Below, piece after piece: positions 1-10,242 of a stretch of DNA of 48,915 nt. The notes under the pieces are model-generated. The model made no database searches. It worked only from the letters and a program-made list of their open reading frames with translations, and had not been told where the DNA came from. Position numbers and translations under genes: made by a program. Positions within the stretch are counted from its first letter, which is position 1. Every line of letters begins with the position of its first letter. The DNA is from Escherichia coli (GTDB lineage Bacteria; Pseudomonadota; Gammaproteobacteria; Enterobacterales; Enterobacteriaceae): NCBI RefSeq assembly GCF_003334385.1, contig NZ_QOWN01000032.1; one strand, given 5' to 3'.

Positions 1-16
1 AACGCGAGGCATCGTC

Positions 17-1135
17 TTAACGAGGCACCGAGGCGTCGCATTCTTCAGATGGTTCAACCCTTAAGTTAGCGCTTATGGGAATGATCCCCGCTTCTTTGCG
101 GTTTTCTGGCGTATAGCCAATGCCGCGTTTCAGCATGTCGCCGTAATCGGGGCGCGTGATTTTCTCGCCGTTGATAACAATTTCGCCCTGTTCATACTCC
201 TCCAGCCCAACAATCGCCTTCAGCAATTCACTGCGCCCTGCCCCCAGCAGACCAGCAATGCCGAGCACTTCGCCACGACGTAGCGTAAAACTGATATCCT
301 CCAGCTTGGGCTTATGGCGTAACGCACGGACTTCCAGCACGGCCTGATCCACAATTTCCTGAGGGGCTACCGGCGCAATATCAACGTGATCGCGCCCGAG
401 CATCAGCGACACAATATGATGCGTGGAGGTGTTTTCGAGCATCACATCGCCCGCCACCTGACCATCGCGCATAACGGTGGCACAGGAGGCAATGCGGCGA
501 ATTTCTTCCATCCGGTGGCTGACATAAATCACCGCCACGCCCAGTGCCGACATCTTTTTCACCGCGCTGATCACCAGTTCAACTTCCGCACTCGCAAGCG
601 AACTGGTAGGTTCATCAAGAATGACCACGCGCGGCTCGCCCTTCATCACCCGCGCAATTTCCACCAGCTGCTTTTACGCCGGGCTTAGCGTTGAAACAAG
701 TTGTTCAGGACTAACGTCAACGCCCAGCGCCTGTAAGCAACGTTGGGCATCCTGCGCCATTTGCAGGTAATCAATCATGCCGTTGCGGCGGGGCCACTGA
801 CCGAGGCAGAGGTTTTCCGCCACTGTCAGCCCTTCCACCAGACTTAACTCCTGATAAACCGCGCGCACCCCCAGTTCAGCGGCACGGCGAGTCAGCGTAG
901 CTTCGTCACCTTCCAGTCGCGTCTCGCCAATCCAGATATCACCGCTATCCGGGCGTTCGCTGCCGGTAAGCATTCGAATGAGAGTCGATTTGCCCGCGCC
1001 GTTTTTACCTAACAGCGCACGAACTTCGCCTTTATTGAGCGTGAAGTTAACGTTATCCAGCGCAACGACGCCGGGATAACGCTTATTTCCTGCCACCACT
1101 TTTGCTACCGGGACTGCCTCTGTTGCCGTGAACAT
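17..1135 (-). pseudogene. yphE: Sugar-type ABC transporter ATP-binding protein (two nucleotide-binding domains), disrupted by an in-frame TAA at 674-676 and ending at TAA 17-19
   Basis: ORF track gives two same-frame minus ORFs (674..1135 and 17..664) separated by one stop. NBD1 Walker A GKNGAGKST, then VVILDEPTSSL Walker B and second Walker A GLLGAGRSEL. Position downstream of yphF matches the K-12 yphFED layout. Confidence 0.7.
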
Positions 1136-1157
1136 AGGGACCTCTGCGAATCAGCGA

Positions 1158-2141
1158 TTAGGGCAGACCATCAACGTGCGTTGCCAGCCACTGTTTACCG
1201 TCTTCCGTTTTGGTATAGAGATCGATAGGCACCTGAATCACTTTTTCACCGTCGGCTTGTTTATTGATAACCTTCAATGTTTGCGCGAAAACAGCATTGC
1301 CCATTTTCTTACCGGAAATATCCACTACCGCTTTCAGCACCTGATTGTTTTCCAGCTCCTGAGCAATTTCGGTTGTCATATCCGAACCGAAAACAGCAAT
1401 TTTTCCGGCCTGATTTTGATTACGTACCGCTTTTACCGCGCCGAGTGTCGCACCGCCCGATTCCCCCATAATGGCGTTGAGATCCGGCGTGGAGATAATT
1501 AGTTTTTCACCAACGGAAATCGCTTTATCTAAAACAGTCCCTTCCTGATTAGCGACAATTTGCGCGCCGGGAACGCGGGATTTTAAAACTTCTTCAAATC
1601 CTTTACGTCGCTGCACACAAACTTCAAAGGCTTCGCAATTGATGACGGCAATTTTCGGCTGGTCAATTTTATTGGCAATAAAATAATCAGCGGCAGCGTT
1701 ACCCAGTTTTTTACCAAATTCCAGCGGATCGCCGACCAGATACGCCGAGACATATTTATCGACCCCCTTTTGATTAATACAGGTGTTGTAGCAAATCACC
1801 GGAATGCCCGCTTCACTGGCGCGACGAACGGTACGGCTACTGCCATTTTCAGACACTGCCGATAAAATAATGGCATCGACATTACGCGCCACGAGGGTAT
1901 CAACAAAGGTACTTTCTTTCGAAATATCACCCTGGGCGTTAGTTTCTATTAACTGAACTTGTACTGAGGAATCTTTTGCCGCATCCTGAACGCCCTGACG
2001 CACTCCAGCGTAGTATCCCTGAGTATCAAGGTATATTGCGCCAATGGTCATTTCTTTTTCCGCAGCCCTGGCAAATAGTGCGCTACCTAATAGCGTAGCC
2101 ATTAATAATAGATTACGGGTTGTTCTCATTTTTGTAGGCAT
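1158..2141 (-). CDS. yphF: Periplasmic sugar-binding protein of an ABC transporter (327 aa)
   Basis: ORF track. N-terminal signal peptide MPTKMRTTRNLLLMATLLGSALFARA and periplasmic-binding-protein-like sequence; sits directly upstream of the ABC ATPase. Confidence 0.9.
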   Translation of the reverse strand: MPTKMRTTRNLLLMATLLGSALFARAAEKEMTIGAIYLDTQGYYAGVRQGVQDAAKDSSVQVQLIETNAQGDISKESTFVDTLVARNVDAIILSAVSENGSSRTVRRASEAGIPVICYNTCINQKGVDKYVSAYLVGDPLEFGKKLGNAAADYFIANKIDQPKIAVINCEAFEVCVQRRKGFEEVLKSRVPGAQIVANQEGTVLDKAISVGEKLIISTPDLNAIMGESGGATLGAVKAVRNQNQAGKIAVFGSDMTTEIAQELENNQVLKAVVDISGKKMGNAVFAQTLKVINKQADGEKVIQVPIDLYTKTEDGKQWLATHVDGLP

Positions 2142-2237
2142 AGAGCCTCCTGTAGGGTTTTTATTAACAACGGCTTATTCTAATTATTTTGTGATGAGCG
2201 GCAGCGCGTGCCGCTCAAATATTACAGTTAATAGGGT

Positions 2238-5200
2238 TTAGTGAACGCGGTTAAAAATAAAAGGCATCACGGTGGTGAATAATGCCGCTTTCGGCCAAGC
2301 CGGATTAATCGCCGTCAATTCAGCGCGAGCAGACTCATATTGCGCAACCTCCCCGAGTCCCGCGGACGCCAGCATCGCCACCATCAGGCATTTTTCTTTA
2401 TGCTGCTGTTGTAAATCGCCATACAGCGACAACAAGTCAGGTTGCGAGACGGCAAAGAAATCCGCTTCGATACTGGTTTTCGCCATCTCTTGCGCCCACT
2501 GTTTCATTTCACTAAACAGTTGCTGTGCGGTTTGTTGTTCGCCCAGCAGTCGCAGCGCCATCCCTTGCCAGAAGAGATAATCAACCGGCTGATCGTTGTA
2601 ATAACTGTGAATGTTAATAGTGCGATCGCCGGTCGCCGCCAGACGTAAACAACGCGTCGCTTCAGTTTCATCGCCCTGCGCGTTGGCGCATATCGCCTGC
2701 CAGAACCAGATGTCGTTATCAGTTTGCCCCGGTAAACGGCCTTCGCTTAAATTCTCCGGATAATGCAGCGCGGCATGAAGCAGTTCGCAGGCCTGCTGCG
2801 GCTGTCTGGCATCAAGATGCTGCCAGGCGCGTAATAACTGGTTGAGGATAAACTGACTGGTGACCTTCCCTTCCCCGCCTTCCCACGGGTGGAATTTGCG
2901 CGTGGCGAGAATGTCCGCCGCTTTGTCTGCCTGACCCGTGAGATGCCACAAATTGAGCAGTTCTGCGGTCATGTCGTCGCGTTTCAGCGCAATTTCCAGA
3001 TTATTTTCCAGACGCGCCAGTCGTTTCTCCGGTGTGGCTCCACTTAACTTATCCAGCAAATCCCGTTCGAAAAGCAGACGTGCATCCTGCGGCGCAAGCT
3101 GATAAGCATTATCAAGATAACGCGCGGCCAGCTCATAATCGTGTTGCTTATTCCACGCATGGATCGCTAACCCGCGCCAGCCGTCGGCAAACTCCGGCGA
3201 CATCTCTACGCAACGTTGCCAAAAGGCAATGGCTTTGTTGTAGCTACGTTTGTTGTAGTAGAAGCAAGCTAGTAAATGGCGAGCAAACCAGCACTCTTCA
3301 ATACTCTCCAGCGCCGCCACTTCTTCCAGCGTATTCGGGAAACGGACAAACTGCGGGAAGACATCAATGGCTTTTGCGACCAGTTCGCCACGTTCGGCTT
3401 TCGGCAGCAAGCTGGCTTGCAGGTAAAGCGGCAGCGTGCGCTGGCAGTCCAGTGCGTTCAGCATCTCTGCCGCCAGGGTGGGCATTCCCCAGTTAATCAG
3501 TTGCCCGGCGGTCATCAGGGCGTTAACGTCGCGTCCCTGACACAGACCGCGCCACTGCGCGAGAGCTGATTCGCTACGACCATCGAACCAGTTCAGCCAC
3601 CACAGAGTGGCGTTCAGCGGATAATCGCGCAGCAGTTTCTCGCGCTGCACACGCGCGTTGTCCTGACGACCACTTAACACCAGCAGCAGATTATGCAGGC
3701 AAAGCACTTCCTGATTGGTTGGGCAGGCGCGAAGACTTTGTTGGCAAAAATCCAGACCAGCGTCGAAGTTACCATTACGCGCCGCCAGTCGTGCCAGGCC
3801 ATAATAGCCACCGGCTTTGCTGTTGCCGCTCCAGACCGCACGCCAGAAATCCTCTTCGGCTTGTTGATATTGTCCCTGACGTTCGTAAGCACTGGCGCGA
3901 ATCAAACTCGCCTGTCCGCACTGCGGATTTTTGTTCAGCGCATGTGCGCGTTTCAGAGCCTGAGTGGCATACGCCACCGCTTGCGGGAAATCTGCGCGGT
4001 TATATTCCAGCATCGCCAGCGCCAGGTTACAGCGATAATCCAGCGGGTCCAGCGCCACGCCGCGCAGGTAGTAATCGAACGGTGAACGGCTGGCGTGATG
4101 ATATTGCTCCAGATGCTGACCGATAAACCAGGCTTCATCTGTACTGGTAATGTCTTGTGCTGCCAGTGGCGCTTTGGCGACGTCCGGTAACGGCAACGCT
4201 TGCGGCTGATGTTCCTGATAACTCAGTACAATATTGCCGTCGGCATCGGAGAGCTCAATGGTCAGCCTTTCAGGATTGATACCGTGCAACACGCCCTGGA
4301 TGGCGGTCGCAGGCATCAGTGCCACGGCATCATCAAGTAACGCGTTGCATTTACCGATTTCGCGGATCGCCAGGCGGTATCCGTTCAACGGAGAGATGGC
4401 ATACAGCCCCCACTCAATCCCCCGCTTACTACGCTGGAGTTTTATCACCGCATCGCGGGAGGCATTTTGCACCATGCCCAAAGAATGATAAGGCAGGAAA
4501 TACTGCTCAAAACGCTTCTCTTCGTAAGCATCAAGCCAGGTAAAATCGGGCTGGTTATCGGCAAAAATACCGGTCATCAGTTCGATATACGGGCCGTTAT
4601 TGTCGGTCAGACTCTTATCCCACGCCTGGCCAAATTCACTGTGTCCCCAACTCCACTGTTTTTTACCTGGCGCAATATGGTGGTTGGCAACGTGCAGCAA
4701 ACCGCCATCTTCATCGTGACACCACGCGCCGACAAAATCGTACTGCGATTTTTCGGCCATATATGAGGTTGGAACAGGCACATTTTTATAGCGAGAAATG
4801 TCCACTCCAGCGGAGTAGTCCACTTTGTAGTAAGTGCCGGTAGCGATGGGGAAAGCGGAGACGGCCCGTTTGCCGTGATCAAACACCGCCGTTACATCCG
4901 GCGGGAAGACGCTCTGATGCCCTTCCCCCCCTTTCACTGCCGGGTTGGCCCACCACAAGAAATGACGCGGCGTGGCGTTCCCGTTATAGACGCGGCTGGC
5001 GATTTCCAGCGCCGCCCGGTCAGGGCGCAGGGTGAAACCTGTCATCACCTGTAAACCATGCATCGGCTCCGTTTCGCCTACCCACACCGTCTGTGCACCG
5101 TCTTCATGGGCTTCGAGGGTGAAATCAACGGGCATAAAGGTGGTCGGGCGATGATGTTGCGGCCAGTTAAACTCAATCCCACCGGAAATCCACGGCCCCA

Positions 5201-5612
5201 GCAGCCCCACCAGCGCAGGTTTAATGACTTCATTGTGATAAACAAAATCGCGCTGTTTCACTTTATCCCACGCGCGATGCACCCGACCGCCCAGTTCCGG
5301 CAGGATCATCACTTTGATGTAGTCGTTTTCCAGCCACACCGCCTGCCAGGATTTCAGGGTTTTCTGCTCGCTCAGCGTATCGGTCACGCCGTAGGGATAA
5401 ACCGCGCCGGACGATCCCTGATAAACGCGATTTTCCAGGAACATGGGATGTATATCCTGCGGCCCGGTTTCATAGGTCGGGATCTCAACGCGCTCTTGCC
5501 ACACTTTTACTGGAGTCATGGTGCCCTCAATATTAACAAGACATACTGAATTAAAAGATTTGTGGCAGTGTATTGAACAATCTGGCAATGTTTTCGCGGA
5601 ATAATCACGCAA
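2238..5612 (-). CDS. yphG: Large uncharacterised protein (1124 aa by track): N-terminal globular domain plus C-terminal TPR-like helical repeats
   Basis: ORF track. No catalytic motif I recognise. The start is uncertain: the most upstream start appears to be TTG, and an internal ATG lies 31 codons downstream. Confidence 0.8.
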   Translation of the reverse strand: MRDYSAKTLPDCSIHCHKSFNSVCLVNIEGTMTPVKVWQERVEIPTYETGPQDIHPMFLENRVYQGSSGAVYPYGVTDTLSEQKTLKSWQAVWLENDYIKVMILPELGGRVHRAWDKVKQRDFVYHNEVIKPALVGLLGPWISGGIEFNWPQHHRPTTFMPVDFTLEAHEDGAQTVWVGETEPMHGLQVMTGFTLRPDRAALEIASRVYNGNATPRHFLWWANPAVKGGEGHQSVFPPDVTAVFDHGKRAVSAFPIATGTYYKVDYSAGVDISRYKNVPVPTSYMAEKSQYDFVGAWCHDEDGGLLHVANHHIAPGKKQWSWGHSEFGQAWDKSLTDNNGPYIELMTGIFADNQPDFTWLDAYEEKRFEQYFLPYHSLGMVQNASRDAVIKLQRSKRGIEWGLYAISPLNGYRLAIREIGKCNALLDDAVALMPATAIQGVLHGINPERLTIELSDADGNIVLSYQEHQPQALPLPDVAKAPLAAQDITSTDEAWFIGQHLEQYHHASRSPFDYYLRGVALDPLDYRCNLALAMLEYNRADFPQAVAYATQALKRAHALNKNPQCGQASLIRASAYERQGQYQQAEEDFWRAVWSGNSKAGGYYGLARLAARNGNFDAGLDFCQQSLRACPTNQEVLCLHNLLLVLSGRQDNARVQREKLLRDYPLNATLWWLNWFDGRSESALAQWRGLCQGRDVNALMTAGQLINWGMPTLAAEMLNALDCQRTLPLYLQASLLPKAERGELVAKAIDVFPQFVRFPNTLEEVAALESIEECWFARHLLACFYYNKRSYNKAIAFWQRCVEMSPEFADGWRGLAIHAWNKQHDYELAARYLDNAYQLAPQDARLLFERDLLDKLSGATPEKRLARLENNLEIALKRDDMTAELLNLWHLTGQADKAADILATRKFHPWEGGEGKVTSQFILNQLLRAWQHLDARQPQQACELLHAALHYPENLSEGRLPGQTDNDIWFWQAICANAQGDETEATRCLRLAATGDRTINIHSYYNDQPVDYLFWQGMALRLLGEQQTAQQLFSEMKQWAQEMAKTSIEADFFAVSQPDLLSLYGDLQQQHKEKCLMVAMLASAGLGEVAQYESARAELTAINPAWPKAALFTTVMPFIFNRVH

Positions 5613-5636
5613 TTAACTAAACAAGGTTTAGTGAAG

Positions 5637-6830
5637 ATGAGAGCCTGCATTAATAATCAACAGATTCGCCACCATAACAAATGCGTGATTCTGGAACTGC
5701 TGTACCGGCAAAAGCGCGCCAATAAATCAACGCTGGCCCGGCTGGCGCAAATTTCGATTCCGGCAGTCAGTAATATTTTGCAGGAACTGGAAAGCGAAAA
5801 ACGGGTGGTGAATATTGACGATGAAAGCCAGACGCGCGGGCATAGTAGCGGTACATGGCTGATTGCGCCGGAAGGTGACTGGACGCTGTGCCTGAACGTG
5901 ACGCCCACCAGTATTGAGTGTCAGGTTGCTAATGCTTGTTTAAGTCCGAAAGGTGAATTTGAGTATTTACAGATTGATGCACCGACGCCGCAGGCGCTGC
6001 TGTCCGAAATCGAAAAATGCTGGCATCGCCACCGTAAATTGTGGCCGGACCATACCATCAACCTGGCGTTGGCAATCCACGGTCAGGTTGATCCTGTGAC
6101 CGGCGTGTCGCAAACCATGCCGCAAGCGCCGTGGACAACGCCGGTGGAGGTGAAATATCTGCTGGAAGAGAAGCTCGGCATTCGGGTGATGGTCGATAAT
6201 GACTGCGTGATGCTGGCGCTGGCGGAGAAATGGCAAAATAATTCGCAGGAACGGGATTTCTGCGTGATCAACGTTGATTACGGCATTGGCTCGTCGTTCG
6301 TGATTAACGAGCAAATTTATCGCGGCAGTTTGTATGGTAGCGGACAGATTGGTCACACCATCGTTAATCCGGATGGCGTCGTCTGCGACTGTGGACGTTA
6401 TGGCTGCCTGGAAACCGTCGCCTCGTTAAGCGCATTAAAAAAACAGGCGCGGGTATGGCTAAAATCACAACCGGTTAGTACTCAACTTGATCCTGAAAAA
6501 CTGACTACAGCGCAGTTAATCGCTGCCTGGCAAAGTGGAGAACCGTGGATCACCAGCTGGGTTGATCGCTCTGCCAATGCCATTGGTTTGAGTCTGTATA
6601 ACTTCCTCAACATCCTCAATATTAATCAGATTTGGTTGTACGGTCGCAGTTGTGCCTTTGGTGAGAACTGGCTTAATACTATTATTCGCCAGACAGGATT
6701 TAACCCGTTCGACCGCGACGAAGGACCGAGCGTGAAAGCGACGCAAATTGGCTTTGGGCAATTAAGCCGCGCACAACAGGTGCTGGGAATTGGCTATTTG
6801 TATGTTGAGGCGCAGTTACGACAGATTTGA
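5637..6830 (+). CDS. yphH: ROK/NagC-family transcriptional regulator (397 aa)
   Basis: ORF track (5631..6830; ATG at 5637 preferred to give 397 aa). N-terminal HTH and the ROK zinc motif CDCGRYGCLE. Confidence 0.9.
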   Translation: MRACINNQQIRHHNKCVILELLYRQKRANKSTLARLAQISIPAVSNILQELESEKRVVNIDDESQTRGHSSGTWLIAPEGDWTLCLNVTPTSIECQVANACLSPKGEFEYLQIDAPTPQALLSEIEKCWHRHRKLWPDHTINLALAIHGQVDPVTGVSQTMPQAPWTTPVEVKYLLEEKLGIRVMVDNDCVMLALAEKWQNNSQERDFCVINVDYGIGSSFVINEQIYRGSLYGSGQIGHTIVNPDGVVCDCGRYGCLETVASLSALKKQARVWLKSQPVSTQLDPEKLTTAQLIAAWQSGEPWITSWVDRSANAIGLSLYNFLNILNINQIWLYGRSCAFGENWLNTIIRQTGFNPFDRDEGPSVKATQIGFGQLSRAQQVLGIGYLYVEAQLRQI

Positions 6831-6890
6831 TGGCGCGATAACGTAGAAAGGCTTCCCGAAGGAAGCCTTGATGATCATAAACGAAAAATT

Positions 6891-6989
6891 GCCTGATGCG
6901 CTACGCTTATCAGGCCTACACGGAGATTGCAATATATTGAATTTGCAAAGTTTTGTAGGCCGGATAAGGCGTTCACGCCGCATCCGGCA
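6891..6989. repeat. BIME: two inverted REP units (GCCTGATGCGCTACGCTTATCAGGCCTAC ... GTAGGCCGGATAAGGCGTTCACGCCGCATCCGGCA)
   Basis: Palindromic REP consensus read directly; a near-identical copy lies at 37058-37155. Located in the convergent yphH/glyA gap. Confidence 0.75.
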
Positions 6990-7027
6990 TGAACAACGAG
7001 CACATTGACAGCAAATCACCGTTTCGC

Positions 7028-8281
7028 TTATGCGTAAACCGGGTAACGTGCGCAGATGTCGAGAACTTTACCTTTGATGCGCTCGATAACGGCTTCATCA
7101 TTGATGCTGTCCAGCACGTCACACATCCAGCCAGCCAGTTCTTTCGCTTCGGCTTCTTTAAAGCCGCGACGGGTAATCGCCGGAGTACCTACACGAATAC
7201 CGGAGGTCACAAACGGGCTCTTCGGATCGTTCGGTACGCTGTTTTTGTTGACGGTGATGTTAGCACGGCCCAGAGCGGCGTCTGCTTCTTTACCGGTCAG
7301 GTTTTTATCAACCAGATCAACCAGGAACAGGTGGTTATCAGTGCCGCCGGAAACCACTTTGTAGCCGCGCTCGAGGAACACTTCTACCATCGCTTTAGCG
7401 TTTTTAGCGACCTGCTGCTGGTAAGTTTTGAACTCAGGCTCCATCGCTTCTTTCAGAGCAACCGCTTTACCGGCGATTACGTGCATCAACGGACCGCCCT
7501 GACCACCAGGGAAAACGGCAGAGTTCAGTTTTTTGTACAGCTCTTCGCTACCACCTTTCGCCAGGATCAGGCCGCCGCGCGGACCCGCCAGGGTTTTGTG
7601 AGTGGTGGTAGTAACAACGTGAGCATGAGGAACCGGGTTCGGGTAGACGCCAGCAGCAACCAGGCCCGCAACGTGCGCCATATCAACGAACAGGTAAGCA
7701 CCGATGCTGTCAGCGATTTCACGCATTTTCGCCCAGTCCACCACGCCGGAATATGCAGAGAAACCACCGATAATCATTTTCGGCTTGTGTTCTTTGGCTT
7801 GTTTTTCCAGATCGGCGTAGTCGATATGACCGGTAGCATCGATACCGTAAGGAACGATGTTGTACAGTTTACCGGAGAAGTTAACCGGAGAACCGTGAGT
7901 CAGGTGACCGCCATGCGCCAGGTTCATACCCAGAACGGTATCACCTGGTTCCAGCAGCGCGGTGTAGACCGCAAAGTTAGCCTGGGAGCCGGAGTGCGGC
8001 TGGACGTTAGCGTAGTCAGCGCCGAACAGTTCTTTCGCACGATCGATCGCCAGTTGTTCAACGATATCAACATACTCGCAACCGCCGTAGTAGCGTTTGC
8101 CCGGATAACCTTCAGCATATTTGTTGGTCAGCTGAGAACCCTGCGCCTGCATTACGCGCGGGCTGGTGTAGTTTTCGGAGGCGATCAGTTCGATGTGCTC
8201 TTCCTGACGTACTTTTTCCTGCTCCATAGCCTGCCACAGTTCGGCATCATAATCGGCAATGTTCATTTCACGCTTTAACAT
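7028..8281 (-). CDS. glyA: Serine hydroxymethyltransferase (417 aa)
   Basis: ORF track (7028..8287; start taken at [12 protein letters not shown]). PLP-lysine motif [14 protein letters not shown]. Confidence 0.97.
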
Positions 8282-8559
8282 CCGCATCTCCTGACTCAGC
8301 TAACAATAAAATTTTTGGCCTTTATAGGCGGTCCTGTTGGACAACGGCGAACAGTATAACCGAATCATTGTGCGATAACAGGTCTTGACAAAGGAATTTA
8401 CGCAAACGATTACCTTCAGGCTACGCAAGGCTTTGGAGAATAAAGAGCTTGCAACCGGAAACGGATTTCTTTTCAGGTTTGTGATGCAAATTTTTCACTT
8501 CATCACATTCTTTCTGAAAAACACCAAAGAACCATTTACATTGCAGGGCTATTTTTTAT

Positions 8560-8584
8560 AAGATGCATTTGAGATACATCAATT
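8560..8584 (+). promoter_or_regulatory. Candidate NsrR-type operator overlapping the hmp promoter (AAGATGCATTTGAGATACATCAATT)
   Basis: Imperfect inverted repeat about 25-50 bp upstream of the hmp start; assignment from memory of hmp regulation, not verified. Confidence 0.4.
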
Positions 8585-8608
8585 AAGATGCAAAAAAAGG
8601 AAGACCAT

Positions 8609-9799
8609 ATGCTTGACGCTCAAACCATCGCTACAGTAAAAGCCACCATCCCTTTACTGGTGGAAACGGGGCCAAAGTTAACCGCCCATTTCTACGACCG
8701 TATGTTTACTCATAACCCAGAACTCAAAGAAATTTTTAACATGAGTAACCAGCGTAATGGCGATCAACGTGAAGCCCTGTTTAACGCTATTGCCGCCTAC
8801 GCCAGTAATATTGAAAACCTGCCTGCGCTGCTGCCAGCGGTAGAAAAAATCGCGCAGAAGCACACCAGCTTCCAGATCAAACCGGAACAGTACAACATCG
8901 TCGGTGAACACCTGTTGGCAACGCTGGACGAAATGTTCAGCCCGGGGCAGGAAGTGCTGGACGCGTGGGGTAAAGCCTATGGTGTACTGGCTAATGTATT
9001 TATCAATCGCGAGGCGGAAATCTATAACGAAAACGCCAGCAAAGCCGGTGGTTGGGAAGGTACTCGCGATTTCCGCATTGTGGCTAAAACACCGCGCAGC
9101 GCGCTTATCACCAGCTTCGAACTGGAGCCGGTCGACGGTGGCGCAGTGGCAGAATACCGTCCGGGGCAATATCTCGGCGTCTGGCTGAAGCCGGAAGGTT
9201 TCCCACATCAGGAAATTCGTCAGTACTCTTTGACTCGCAAACCGGATGGCAAAGGCTATCGTATTGCGGTGAAACGCGAAGAGGGTGGGCAGGTATCCAA
9301 CTGGTTGCACAATCACGCCAATGTTGGCGATGTCGTGAAACTGGTCGCTCCGGCAGGTGATTTCTTTATGGCTGTCGCAGATGACACACCAGTGACGTTA
9401 ATCTCTGCCGGTGTTGGTCAAACGCCAATGCTGGCAATGCTCGACACGCTGGCAAAAGCAGGCCACACAGCACAAGTGAACTGGTTCCATGCGGCAGAAA
9501 ATGGCGATGTTCACGCCTTTGCCGATGAAGTTAAGGAACTGGGGCAGTCACTGCCGCGCTTTACCGCGCACACCTGGTATCGTCAGCCGAGCGAAGCCGA
9601 TCGCGCTAAAGGTCAGTTTGATAGCGAAGGTCTGATGGATTTGAGCAAACTGGAAGGTGCGTTCAGCGATCCGACAATGCAGTTCTATCTCTGCGGCCCG
9701 GTTGGCTTCATGCAGTTTACCGCGAAACAGTTAGTGGATCTGGGCGTGAAGCAGGAAAACATTCATTACGAATGCTTTGGCCCGCATAAGGTGCTGTAA
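8609..9799 (+). CDS. hmp: Flavohemoglobin / nitric oxide dioxygenase (396 aa)
   Basis: ORF track (8588..9799; start at [11 protein letters not shown]). Globin domain followed by FAD/NAD-binding reductase domain (RQYSL). Confidence 0.97.
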
Positions 9800-9805
9800 T
9801 TTGAT

Positions 9806-9831
9806 GTTGCCGGATGGAAACATCCGGCAAC
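9806..9831. terminator. Hairpin GTTGCCGGATG-GAAA-CATCCGGCAAC between convergent hmp and glnB; probable bidirectional terminator
   Basis: Perfect 11-bp stem read from sequence; the flanking U-runs are weak. Confidence 0.5.
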
Positions 9832-9843
9832 CCTTGACGCGGT

Positions 9844-10218
<375 letters not shown>

Positions 10219-10242
10219 CTAAACGTAACACATAACGCCAAT

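Noticed and set aside
5460-5521. Apparent stop codon in yphG after 31 codons when translated by hand
   Set aside because: My base-by-base reading here differs from the ORF track by a compensating +1/-1 (an extra C near 5460 and a missing G near 5520). The track gives a continuous frame on both strands across this region, so I attribute this to a reading error on my side rather than a real frameshift.
6816-7019. Small ORFs encoded by the REP/BIME elements (6816..7019 and 36892..37149)
   Set aside because: Their shared peptide sequence arises from the repeated REP DNA itself; REP palindromes are non-coding.
6989-8278. 429-aa plus-strand ORF covering the entire glyA gene on the opposite strand
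   Set aside because: It is codon-aligned antisense to glyA. Highly expressed genes avoid TTA/CTA/TCA codons, which removes stops from the antisense frame. No independent motif, RBS or promoter; treated as a codon-bias artefact.
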